A stretch of 64,000 nt of DNA from Proteromonas lacertae (Eukaryota). Below the pieces are notes generated by a model. It saw only the letters and a program-made list of their open reading frames with translations, searched no databases and was not told where the DNA came from. Positions 41,401-53,872 of this stretch are shown piece by piece; positions within the stretch are counted from its first letter, which is position 1, and the number at the start of each line of letters is the position of its first letter. Both the position numbers and the translations under genes were made by a program. The stretch spans positions 186,001-250,000 of the forward strand of contig NGBS01000874.1 of assembly GCA_002245135.1 (NCBI GenBank). Direction: 5' to 3'.

Positions 41401-43506
41401 ATATTTCAAATATTCATACAGTATTTACGTGTTCATAATATAAGACAATTGCAATTAATCTCATCAGTTGCTGAAACCTTTGATTTATCATTATATCTCC
41501 TTAATAAAGTATTGAAGGATATAAATCATCGATTATTAAAACAAATATATCACCTATCTATCATTATTCAAGATAATTTCGTGTTTTCTAAACATATTTT
41601 ATTACCAACTTTGAATTTACATTTTAATAAATTAAGATATAAAGTCCCAAGAGTAGTTTGTAATCATTTGGAGTTCCTTTTCTGCTTATTTGATAATCCA
41701 AATATTGGTTTGTATAAGTTACTAATGTTAAACTTTTTACAATATTTTAACATTGATTTATGTAACTTCACAACTGAATATGATATATTTTCACCTAATT
41801 GTGTGAATGAGTTTAGAAAGAGAAAGAAAATTAGATATTATTTCATATCAGCTATTGTTATTCTAATACAAAACCCAGAATTATATTCATTACTCTCTTA
41901 TTTATCAAAATTAGATGAATATTCTGAAATTGTCACTTATTACAAACAATTTTTGAAGTATTTATGGTATTTCAATGTGAGAGATATGTTTAATAGATAT
42001 TATGTTGTGTTAAAGAACTTAAAGGAGAATAAATTAAAAGATTTCCCTAAAATACAAACTCCAAGTGTTTCCACAATATTATGTACATCTGTAGTGTCAA
42101 ATAATCCATTATTCTATCATGTTTCTCCTATAAAACCATTAAAAATACCACAATCAGAAAGACAAACAACTCCCATAAAGAAAATAGATAATTCAACAAA
42201 TATATCATCTCCTAAAATCATCTTATCAGATGTATTGAAATTGAAAATTACTAATCATATGTATGATAGTGATGTTGATAGTAGTATAAGTAATAGTAAC
42301 AATGCATCATTATTAACCTCTCCAATAAAGAATGAATCTCTTTCAATTTCCATTGATAATAACAGTAATTGTAGTAGAAGAAGTGAAAGTGTTGATTCTA
42401 TTGAATTAATATCAATTATTGAACCTTCACCTACTAAATCATCATCATCTCCATCTCCACCACCACCACCACCATTATATCCTTCCAATAGTAGTAATAA
42501 TTCAAGTTTGAATTATTCAACTGTTAGTTATAACAATACAGTTACAGATTCTCCATCACCACTTAAGACTTTGCATAAGTCACTACTGTTAGACACATCC
42601 ATTACTGATGATAATTTATCATTTGAATCAGCTACTACCAACAATACAGATAATACAGCTGCAAATACACCTAATACAACTGTAAATAATACACCTAATA
42701 CAAAAATGAATAATACAGCTAATACAACGTTGAATATGTCAAGTGAAAATTCGTTATTTGTAATTGATCCAATGATTTATAAATATGAATTCATCAAAGA
42801 AATGTGTGAATGGATTATTCGGTTCTATTATAGTAGTTATGAAATATTCAATAAGAATATATTGGATTATTTATTAACCATATTATATGAAGTATATATA
42901 TATATATAGATAGATAGATATTTATTTATTTATGTAATTTAAATAGTGTTTAATATTAATGGAAGGTGAAACGAAATATCATAAAATTGTTCCTTTTATA
43001 TGTAATACACTTTATCATATCACTTCAAAAACATCAATTCCACCAAAAACAAAAATTGAAAGGAAATACAAACAAATATTAAAAATACTATCAACTGAGT
43101 TGAATAAAAACATTGAAGATGTTGATAAGATTATAAAGAAATATAATAAAACCAAAAAGTATATTTATTGTCATAATATATATATTTACATATGAATAGG
43201 TTTAAGGATTATCAATGTGAGACTGATCCATTTTATTTATCATTTATAGATATATATCACGTATTTCTTAATTCATCTCCGTCAATTGATTCGTTTGTAA
43301 CTTCTGAAAGTTCAAAAACTGTTAATTTTGAGATAAAATCATCATTTAGTTCAAATTATAATGTTAGTAAAACAACAGGTCCAGGTAAACTATCACCAAC
43401 TACGCCTCATTCACATTTATCAATGATGACTCCCAAAGAAAGCGAGAATACGAGAAGAAAATCTTTAGATTTGTTATATGCAGCAGATGAATTTGGATTA
43501 ATATAG
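38446..43506 (+). CDS. Large protein resembling CPLANE1/JBTS17 (C5orf42); 3' end uncertain
   Basis: Segments EPWKSIKFYG..VILLD, LLTSEGEL, WMLSRSIILT..SGKLKIYT and VANLIVSYLN...WNYATAIRFYKLSGREERAVEIL fall in the order I recall for CPLANE1 blocks. Short introns, with a frameshift near 41160. The similarity is from memory and was not searched. Confidence 0.55.
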
Positions 43507-43908
43507 AATATGAGTATTAATTTTTAATAGTTTAAAATATTAATGATTATATTGTTTTTTTGTAGGAGTTATAGTGTAATAACAATATCAAAAAGAAATT
43601 AAAGGCTTTAGCTATGCAAAATCATCTAAAGAAAGTATATTTATGTGAAGTAAGGCTAGCAGGATAATTTCAAGTAATTTAATATGTAAATCATGGATAT
43701 GACTTACAATACAGTGTTTAAATAAAAAGTGAAAGAGTAAATCTTAAGATAGTAGTTTGTTACACAATTGTAGGTTTAATACTGTATATAATAATGAGTT
43801 ATCATCAGGTAAGGCTGTTTTTAACCTAACTAGCAACTTTAGCATTAAAACAATTAATAAGTTTACACTAATTTCAAATTTTCGTTTAAATAAACAGTTA
43901 TTCTTAAA

Positions 43909-45483
43909 ATGGCTGTGGGGGATGATATTTTTTCTTTCAGTACAATATATTTCCCAATTTGTGGTGGTGAATTATCAGACGACTGGGACTGTGGTGTGTT
44001 TGGATTGTTAATTCTCAACTTAATAGTCACATTCATTTCAGGGATGACATTAGTTACAGCATCATTTCTGATATATTTAATAGCTCCTATAATCATAAGT
44101 TTATTAGTATCAGGTTGTATTGGTGGTTTGGTCTATGTAACATGTTTTCCAGATCCGACAACAGATGGAGGTGGTGCTGGTTGTTTAGCGCTTGTAGGTA
44201 TTATTTTAATGTACTGGATGGATCCATTTGGTTATAAGCAGTTTTTTAGAGAGAAGAAATATATAGATTTCTTCTTGTGGGGTTCAGTGACAGCTGCTTC
44301 ATTAACAGGTTTAGTTAATTTAATCAATTTCATCAAATATTATTGTTTAGCTATTTATCATTTATGTATGTTAATTGGTTATTGTTGTATTTCAATTTTT
44401 GATGCTGATTGTTGGTCTAGTTGTAAATCTAACTGTAGTGAATGTTGTTCATCATGTTATAATGGTTTAACGAAATGTTGTGAATATTTGATTGCATGTG
44501 TTTATATATCGTGTAAAGGAGTGTATAAATGTATGGAAGGCGTTTGTTTATTTATATATGATGGAATATACTATTTATATGACCAATGTAGTGAATGTTG
44601 TTGTTGTTGTAAAGAAAGAAGTCATAGTTATGAAAATCATAAACATGAGAATGTGATATCTGAAGGAATAAAACATATATTTCTATTTCTATGGAAATCA
44701 ATATTATTTATAATGATTTATAGTTATAGAATAATAAGATATTGTTTATATTATATAAGTTGTAAAAAGATAAGATGTTTAGAATCTAATAAATGTTGTG
44801 AATGTTGTAGTTGTAGTTGTAGTAATATATTTTCTGATGTAGTTGAAAATCCATATAATGAATTATTAAAAATATCTTGTATGAAAAGAGTAGAAAAAGG
44901 TCGAAAATATATATTTAAAAACATATTGAAAGGATTTAAAAGATTATATAGATATGAAATATTCCATTATGCTATTTGTAATATAATAGAAAGTGTAATA
45001 AAAAGATTATATCTAAAAATCTTAGGAGATAAAAAGGGAAGTGTATATCCAGATGGTGATGATCCAAAAACAATAAAAATAAAAATAGATGATAAAGATG
45101 ATGATGATGATGAAAATAATAACAATGGAAATAAAATAATCACATCATCTAAGGGAAGTAAAGTACCAGTTGGATCTAAAGGAACAAAAGTGGCAATTAC
45201 ATCCAAAGGAACAAAAGTAGTAATAAGTGAAGAAGAAGAAAAACGAAAGATAATTGAAGACAATCTAAATATTCCAAAAGATGAGAATAACACTCCTTTA
45301 TTCTTCCGATTACCTTCAAGAGACTCAATCAATTCATCAAGTGAAAAGAAGAAATCAATCATAAAACTAAGTATAGTAAATCTAAAACGACCATCTATAT
45401 ATCAATTACCTTGCTCATCTACATCAAACAAATCATTTAGACCTCCACATCTCACTCCAATTGATATTCCTGGATCTATTTAA
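43909..45483 (+). CDS. Intronless multi-pass membrane protein with Cys-rich region (copy A)
   Basis: 524-aa ORF with about four N-terminal hydrophobic helices, many CC/CxxCC clusters and a charged C-terminal tail. Confidence 0.8.
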   Translation: MAVGDDIFSFSTIYFPICGGELSDDWDCGVFGLLILNLIVTFISGMTLVTASFLIYLIAPIIISLLVSGCIGGLVYVTCFPDPTTDGGGAGCLALVGIILMYWMDPFGYKQFFREKKYIDFFLWGSVTAASLTGLVNLINFIKYYCLAIYHLCMLIGYCCISIFDADCWSSCKSNCSECCSSCYNGLTKCCEYLIACVYISCKGVYKCMEGVCLFIYDGIYYLYDQCSECCCCCKERSHSYENHKHENVISEGIKHIFLFLWKSILFIMIYSYRIIRYCLYYISCKKIRCLESNKCCECCSCSCSNIFSDVVENPYNELLKISCMKRVEKGRKYIFKNILKGFKRLYRYEIFHYAICNIIESVIKRLYLKILGDKKGSVYPDGDDPKTIKIKIDDKDDDDDENNNNGNKIITSSKGSKVPVGSKGTKVAITSKGTKVVISEEEEKRKIIEDNLNIPKDENNTPLFFRLPSRDSINSSSEKKKSIIKLSIVNLKRPSIYQLPCSSTSNKSFRPPHLTPIDIPGSI

Positions 45484-48226
45484 TAATAGATGCAAATATC
45501 TCTCTTTCAATTAAGCTAAATACTATTAAAAATATAATCTAATTCTAATTGAAGTAGTTTGGTTTAAATTATTCTAAAAATTGATAATGAAAGTATTTAT
45601 TTCATCAGTGTTATGTGAAATACTATCAAACAACAATGTATAATTATTGAGAAAAACATAAGTTACTCTTTAATCTATTCATTACATTCATTAAATCGTG
45701 TAACTGAAATACTTGAAAAAAATCTAAAATTGTGAGAATGAAAGGTGTGATTAGATATACTTTTTTGTTAAGCAGATAAACTGATTCAAGAGAAAATGGT
45801 TTTAGGCAATCAATACTAGGAATATAATCATAGATAATTTAATTCTAAAAGCCTATATAAAAACATGAGCAAAGTAAATAATAAAAATAATGATAATAAT
45901 ATTAAATATTTAAAGAATCCTTTGATATTTGATTTTTTTGTTCTTTTGATAATAATTATCTATATTTTCTTTCAATGTTATTGAAATTTTCTTTAAACTT
46001 CCAAACATTTCTTTGTCTTTTATCATTAATCTTAATCATGTTTCATATAATTCATTCCCTACTTTATGTTTCAATCTATCTTCATTTTTTTGTTGTCAAT
46101 AATCGATTTATCAACTCTTTCATCATATCATCTGTTATGAACTCTTTATTATATCTACATCTCATGATGTTATTTAGAGTTTTAAATAGATTATTATATT
46201 CATTAAATGGTAATCATTTCATATAATACACAACCAACTAACTATATTATACTTCTCTCATTCAAGCACAAATCACATATCTTTACATTCACTTTCATTC
46301 TCAAAAACAATATTTCTACTCTTTAAATTACCAATTGTCATACCATTCTGATATAAAATCAACAAATTATAGCAAATGCTGCAAATTATGCTAATTGTTG
46401 TAATATCCTCAAGATATCAACATGAATCCACTGTCAATATTCAAATAACACATTTGAAAGGGACAGATAAAGTAAAATGGACAATCTAATCATGCAAAGT
46501 TATTTTCAACGAATTTCAAAGGTTTCTTCTCTTTTACAGAAAAGTATTTAAACAGATTTATTATTCTAACAACATTTTGACGTTGACCTTTCATTTAAGT
46601 TCACCATTGCTCTTTTTGACTATTGCTTTAACCTATAGTAATAATTAATTTAATATACTTCATAGCCACATAAAGATATCGAGTATAAAACTTCGTCTTC
46701 AACAAAATTTAAAAATGACATTTTTAAATTTCAAATAATAGCCGTTTTATTTCAGTTACACTATTTAATGAATGTAATGAATAGATTAAAGAGTAACTTA
46801 TGTTTTTCTCAATAATTATACATTGTTGTTTGATAGTATTTCACATAACACTGATGAAATAAATACTTTCATTATCAATTTTTAGAATAATTTAAACCAA
46901 ACTACTTCAATTAGAATTAGATTATATTTTTAATAGTATTTAGCTTAATTGAAAGAGAGATATTTGCATCTATTATTAAATAGATCCAGGAATATCAATT
47001 GGAGTGAGATGTGGAGGTCTAAATGATTTGTTTGATGTAGATGAGCAAGGTAATTGATATATAGATGGTCGTTTTAGATTTACTATACTTAGTTTTATGA
47101 TTGATTTCTTCTTTTCACTTGATGAATTGATTGAGTCTCTTGAAGGTAATCGGAAGAATAAAGGAGTGTTATTCTCATCTTTTGGAATATTTAGATTGTC
47201 TTCAATTATCTTTCGTTTTTCTTCTTCTTCACTTATTACTACTTTTGTTCCTTTGGATGTAATTGCCACTTTTGTTCCTTTAGATCCAACTGGTACTTTA
47301 CTTCCCTTAGATGATGTGATTATTTTATTTCCATTGTTATTATTTTCATCATCATCATCATCTTTATCATCTATTTTTATTTTTATTGTTTTTGGATCAT
47401 CACCATCTGGATATACACTTCCCTTTTTATCTCCTAAGATTTTTAGATATAATCTTTTTATTACACTTTCTATTATATTACAAATAGCATAATGGAATAT
47501 TTCATATCTATATAATCTTTTAAATCCTTTCAATATGTTTTTAAATATATATTTTCGACCTTTTTCTACTCTTTTCATACAAGATATTTTTAATAATTCA
47601 TTATATGGATTTTCAACTACATCAGAAAATATATTACTACAACTACAACTACAACATTCACAACATTTATTAGATTCTAAACATCTTATCTTTTTACAAC
47701 TTATATAATATAAACAATATCTTATTATTCTATAACTATAAATCATTATAAATAATATTGATTTCCATAGAAATAGAAATATATGTTTTATTCCTTCAGA
47801 TATCACATTCTCATGTTTATGATTTTCATAACTATGACTTCTTTCTTTACAACAACAACAACATTCACTACATTGGTCATATAAATAGTATATTCCATCA
47901 TATATAAATAAACAAACGCCTTCCATACATTTATACACTCCTTTACACGATATATAAACACATGCAATCAAATATTCACAACATTTCGTTAAACCATTAT
48001 AACATGATGAACAACATTCACTACAGTTAGATTTACAACTAGACCAACAATCAGCATCAAAAATTGAAATACAACAATAACCAATTAACATACATAAATG
48101 ATAAATAGCTAAACAATAATATTTGATGAAATTGATTAAATTAACTAAACCTGTTAATGAAGCAGCTGTCACTGAACCCCACAAGAAGAAATCTATATAT
48201 TTCTTCTCTCTAAAAAACTGCTTATA
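44233..48226. repeat. Long inverted repeat: arms 44233-45711 and 46748-48226 (about 1479 bp each), spacer about 1036 bp
   Basis: The translations are identical from YKQFFREKK to the stop. Identity continues about 230 nt past the stop, with one mismatch seen near 45697. Confidence 0.93.
45910..46721 (-). pseudogene. Decayed GN-type pseudokinase relic in the inverted-repeat spacer
   Basis: Broken minus-strand frames read MSFLNF...LCGYE|intron|VKAIV, GMTIGNLKSRNIVF, VKICDL, VGCVLYEMIT and LPFNEY...KELINRLL...EDRL, with multiple stops and frameshifts. Confidence 0.7.
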
Positions 48227-48559
48227 GTGAAACATATCTAACATATACACAGCTATTATAATAGAAGCAAAGAATAACATAATAAAGCAACCATATCCTA
48301 AAGAATCCTTTATCTTCTTGTTACAACATAAAACATAAAATACTCCACTTACACACACTGTTATTATACTATATATTACAATAGGGGCTGCTAGATATAT
48401 CAGTAACGATATAACAACCAATATCATCCCTGAAATGAATGTGACTATTAAGTTGAGAATTAACTTACCAAAAATGTAGCAGTTCCAACCATTTGAAAGT
48501 TTCCCTACATAAAATGGAAAATATATAGAAAGAATAAATGGAATTACTTTTAAATTCAT
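46976..48559 (-). CDS. Intronless multi-pass membrane protein with Cys-rich region (copy B)
   Basis: 527-aa ORF with a divergent N-terminal ~110 aa. The remainder is identical to copy A. Confidence 0.8.
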   Translation of the reverse strand: MNLKVIPFILSIYFPFYVGKLSNGWNCYIFGKLILNLIVTFISGMILVVISLLIYLAAPIVIYSIITVCVSGVFYVLCCNKKIKDSLGYGCFIMLFFASIIIAVYMLDMFHYKQFFREKKYIDFFLWGSVTAASLTGLVNLINFIKYYCLAIYHLCMLIGYCCISIFDADCWSSCKSNCSECCSSCYNGLTKCCEYLIACVYISCKGVYKCMEGVCLFIYDGIYYLYDQCSECCCCCKERSHSYENHKHENVISEGIKHIFLFLWKSILFIMIYSYRIIRYCLYYISCKKIRCLESNKCCECCSCSCSNIFSDVVENPYNELLKISCMKRVEKGRKYIFKNILKGFKRLYRYEIFHYAICNIIESVIKRLYLKILGDKKGSVYPDGDDPKTIKIKIDDKDDDDDENNNNGNKIITSSKGSKVPVGSKGTKVAITSKGTKVVISEEEEKRKIIEDNLNIPKDENNTPLFFRLPSRDSINSSSEKKKSIIKLSIVNLKRPSIYQLPCSSTSNKSFRPPHLTPIDIPGSI

Positions 48560-48681
48560 ATTTTAAAAAGTTAACTTTTTGATATTATTCTAGAAATGTT
48601 GAAAATAATATGTATTTCATTATAATTTACAAAAATAACTTGAAAATAATAGAAAAATAATAGAAAACGTTAGTATCATTC

Positions 48682-49673
48682 TTAATTATATTTCATCTCA
48701 ATCTCATGTACAGCATTATCAAGTTCAATCCACGATTCAGGGAATAAATTACCAGAAATAATCCTTCTAGCCATATCCAACTTTGGTTCTTTGTGCATTG
48801 GGTTATTACACAAATCTATAGTCTTAGCATTCTTTTTCGTACTATTACTACACCACGATTCACACCATAACCATTCTTGTGGTAAAGAATAAATAGGAAC
48901 TCGAGTTTGTGCATAATTAGGTAAATCTTGATCTAAATTAGACAAGGAGTTTGGATCTCTTGACAAAGTATCATATATTGATCTTAATATATCACCAACA
49001 CCTCGTTTCCTAAATACATCTAAATCTACTACATATAAAGCACTAATATGATAAGGTCTACCTTGTAAATGGTCAGCCCAATAACCTTGTCTCCAGAATT
49101 GAAATCCTAATGTGTCTTTATTACTATCACAGAATGGAGTATAAGCATAAGGAGCTCCATGTAGATCTATTTCATATAATTCTTTTAAATCACTTCTCAT
49201 TACTTGATCTGCATCCACATAGATTACTTTCTTTAGATTTAATGGGAATAACACATCTAAAAAGAGTATTTTATAAGCCCAAATGATTCTTTGCTTCTCT
49301 GTTTGTGGATGTAACCATTTTGGCCATTTGTAAGTGACTAATTCAACTTCACAACCTAATTCTTTAGCATAATGAGGAATAAATGACTAAATAATAATAA
49401 TAATAATATATTTAAATATATATATATATACTTTAAATGCAGGTGAAAAGAAATTTTCCACTAACCAAAACTTGACTGGATTTGAAGTTCTTTTTACCAC
49501 AGACATCATCATGATCTTAATGAATCTTTCATATAGATGACCTGAAGCTAATGAGAAGATGTTGATTGTTTCATTTGCACCTATTTTTATATTCTTTCCT
49601 AATATTGACTCTTTTACTTTTCCAAACCAACTCTTTGATACTTCAGCTTCTTCTATTTTTATAATTATTATTA

Positions 49674-49711
<38 letters not shown>

Positions 49712-52595
49712 GTTTTTCATTTTCACTACTTTCTAAAACAGATTCACTCTCTTTTCCTTCATTCTTAACAACATATAAAGAATCATAATTAGCATAAAAA
49801 TCACGAATTATCATTTGTGTAGATGTAACAGTATGTGTTCTAATATCTTCAATATCTAAATACTTTATTTTATTCACAATATCTTTATCGACTATAGAAT
49901 ATAATTCTTTTGCTCTTCCTTCAGCTAATTCAATATTCCATACACCAGCATCTCCTTTCAATTGATAATATGCCATATTCTGCATCACTAATGAATCAGT
50001 TTTGTAATCTTTAGATTTCATAACTAACTGTAAACCATGCGGAGGTGTACCACCATGGGTTAAATCAATACAACTACCTTGTACTACAATATTAGTTAGT
50101 TTATATTCAGCATAAACTAGTCCTCCAGTTTGTAAAACATTATCTGAACTCATTTGTATATTATCTAAATCGTGTTCTGCTTTATAAGTTTGAACAATCC
50201 ATGATTCAGGAGTTTCTGTTCCCATTGTTAATACTTGTTTCTTGGGAGGTTCTAAGAATAACGCTTCATTATTTGAATTAATTCCAACAAATCTGTAAAA
50301 TCTTTTTAGAGGAAATGAACTGATTTCTCTAGATGGATTTAAGTAGATATATATGTCTATATAATCTTTCAAACCATTTCTTAATGTGTCAATTATTCCC
50401 ATTATTCTCTGACATTCTTCACTTAGTGGATTTACTATTGCTTCTATGCTTACTACTGGATAATTCTTATCTTTCTTAACAGCTTCATTTTGTTGCTTTA
50501 ATAATACATATTTATATTTCTTAGGTAATTCTAAGGATCTAATTGAAGAGGATGAATGAGTATGAATGTAAGATAGAAATAATAAATATGTAATGGTTTC
50601 ACTATATTAATAATAATAGTATAATATTATACAATTTATCTTTATGTGGTTGACCTACAATAGTCTTATAAGCTTGATTATTACTGTTTTTCTCTGTATT
50701 CTCCAATATTCCTAAGTCTTCACTTAATATTGTATCTATTTCTCTAATTATTCTTCCATTATAGAAGAGTGTTGCTACATCAGCTTCAATATTGAATGAA
50801 GAAGGTATTTCTGGTGGAATATATAGATTTTTAGCTATTTATAATATATATATAAACATACACTCAATCATTTCTTTCAAAGTCTTCTCATTATCATATA
50901 ATCCTTTATATCTCATATAAAACAACTTCTTCACTAATTCAAGTGTAATTTCAGTCTTTGCACTTTTATATCCGATTAAATCACTGAAGAACAATGAAAC
51001 ATACATTGAAGCTTTTGCAACATCATCATAATCATATCCAATAGAAATAGCTCTAGATATAAAATCTCCAATTTCATTGTTGGGTAATTTTGAATTATGA
51101 ACAAAAGAAACTCGAACGTTTATATTGGAGAGAATATGTTCAAAGAATTGAATAGTGAATTCCCACATCTAGTAATACAATAAAATACATAAATATATTT
51201 ATACTTCTGATTTACTATAATCACCATATAAAATGTAATTATGAATAAAAATATTATCTAATGGAAGTTTATTATAATAATATTTAATATGATTCATATA
51301 ATATTCAGCTGAATTTGTCATTTCAGGACTGTATGATAATAATAATACATATTCTCTTTTCTATAATATAAATATATAAATATATATAATATACATCAAC
51401 ACTTTGTATGAATTGAGGATGGTATTTCTTATAAGTTCCACTTGATTTACAATAATATTCCAAAATATCCGTAGAATCAGTAACTTCACCATTATAGACT
51501 AATCTTTGTAATTCATATAGTATTGGACCAATGTAATTCATCATTGAATTTAAGTCTGCGTTTGGATATACTAATCCATTAATTGTCATTAATGGAAATG
51601 ATGTTAAACCTTTGGAGATTAGATAAGATGTTGATATTCTAATTCTATCATCAACTATATCATATATAATAATAATTTTTAATATTGATACATTCATCTG
51701 TCTTTATTATATCTAATAATTCATCATATTTAATTGGTTTAATTGTTTTACTCTTTTGCATTGCAGTTACTCCTTTTAGTATAAGATCTTTCACTTTGGG
51801 TACTTCTTGAATTGATTGGAATTGATTTAAAAATGATTGAATTACTTGTTTAGAATATTTTGTGTATAAATATAAGAACACTTTATTGAATATTCTTGTA
51901 TTTATTTTACTCTCTTCTATATATATATTAATATTGTATATGTATATACCATCAATAGTATTACTTTCCATCTCTTCACAGTTATTCCAATCAGTTCTAT
52001 TGCATTTCACTAAGTTAGGATCACTTAATATTACACCAAATCTAACAGGAACATTCATACTTACATAATATCCTATTCCTCCTAAAATATTCAAACCTTC
52101 TACTGTAGATGGATTAATGACATATATCACATTATATAAGTTCTTTTTAACAGAAGGTAATTGCCAACTTGGTTGTAATATATATCTTATTGAACCACTC
52201 CATCTTTTATAACGTGAATCTTTTTCTAAGTTGTTAATGAAATAGATGGATTGTTTATAGTTATTATCTAGTAAGTTGATTCTTATTATATCACTTACAT
52301 CCTGAGATATTTCATCATCTTCATCTTCATCGTCTAAGTCTCCAAATATACTACCTAATTCATCATCTTCTTCAGATTTTTGTTTTTTGTTTTTCTTATT
52401 TGAATTATACATCTTCTCATAATGACGAATAATTTCTTTATCTAAATCCAATTTGTTTAATAATAAATCATTATTTATATCGTTCATAATCATCTTTTGT
52501 ATTTTAAAATAATTGAAATTGAATGGATCTAAATAGATACTTTGGCCATTAATTAGAAGTTCATTAACACCAGCTTGAATATTGGTTTGTCTATT

Positions 52596-52664
<69 letters not shown>

Positions 52665-53872
52665 GCATCTATATACAGTGAATCTAATTCCTTCTGCACT
52701 TTTGGCTCAACTTTTACTCTTGATATTGAACTAACTAAACTTGGAAAATTCCAACTAATATCTCTCAACTTATCAAAAGGTTCAGCTGATTGTGTAATCA
52801 TTTCTATACTCTGAATACCTAAATTCTGCATTTCCCATATATCAATAACTGAATTCTCTTCTTCAGATAATAAACTCTCTTTGAATTGAATGATTTGATT
52901 GGTTTGATTGGGATATCTCTCTTTAAGTTTGGTTATATTGAATCCTTCAATTATTTCATGTATTTCATCTTGAGATGATTTATCTGATTCTTCTGTGTTT
53001 GTGTTTGATTTGGTATTATCTACTTTTCTATCATCTAAGGTTTTATATTCCATTTAAACAACAGAATTAATGAAAATAATTAAATTCATTCATTTAAAAA
53101 ATGATATATTTTTTATATCTAAAAACACTGAATAACCTACTAACTCTGTTTTATCTCTAATTATTTCAGTTGGAATTACTCTCAAGATGTAAATGAGTTT
53201 ATTTTCTTTCACTAATGGTAATATCTTTTTATGATATTCTTTGAGTTGTTTAGATGTAGGATTTCCATAGAGCACTATCTTATAGTTTGAATTCAAATCA
53301 GAAAATGGATGGATATGATCACCGTTGTACATTCCATTTCTTATTACATTAGTATCAGCTATGTAACTCGTTAAAGCTTTTTCTATATCTTTAATATCAC
53401 AATAACTCGTTTGTCCAATATCGTACCATAAACCTATCAATAATCAGAATATTATAATAAATACCTTTACACTTGCTGAATCCCTTTGATAATTTTGCTA
53501 TTTCATATTGGGCTTGAACCGCAACACTAGATCCTTTCATACTTACTCCATACTTTACAAAACTAGCATGGTGCTTTGATAATATCTTTTCTACTGTTTT
53601 GAAAATATAATCATCGATTAACTCTGGGGTTGTAGAATTGAGATCTTCAATTACTGGGAATTCTTCAATGTAACGCCAATACAGTTCAGGCTGAAACTCG
53701 CTTACAATTTCCCTACATTGTCATAATTGTGAATATACCCTGCTTCTTCAATTGAACTAACCTTTGAACGTGGCCAACTACTAATCAGTTTAGTCTCAAT
53801 TCTTCTGCTAAATTCTGCATTGCAAAGCAACAGAAGAGATAGAAGTGCTAAGACAAGCGATAATTTTATCAT
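48682..53872 (-). CDS. UGGT: UDP-glucose:glycoprotein glucosyltransferase
   Basis: Signal peptide. Motifs [89 protein letters not shown] and IDLCNNP. Confidence 0.96.
52599..52662. repeat. (AAT)n microsatellite inside a UGGT intron
   Basis: About 21 perfect AAT units between the GT and AG of a minus-strand intron. This explains the poly-Ile ORFs in the track. Confidence 0.9.
53054..53107 (-). other. Putative U12-type AT-AA intron (54 nt) in UGGT
   Basis: Sequence ATATCATTT...TTTTCATTAAT-TCTGTTGTTTAA. Removal gives [13 protein letters not shown], matching the conserved K[NS][MT]EYKxxDD motif. No GT-AG solution preserves this motif. Confidence 0.87.

Noticed and set aside
44233..48226. DNA transposon with long terminal inverted repeats
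   Set aside because: The arms are host-type coding sequence, the spacer is a kinase relic rather than a transposase, and no target-site duplication is evident.
30229..53107. TAA readthrough or an alternative genetic code as the explanation of the three AT-AA insertions
   Set aside because: Retention would put 18-21 low-complexity residues inside conserved motifs. The UGGT insert also has an in-frame TGA, and TAA is used as a normal stop elsewhere in the window.
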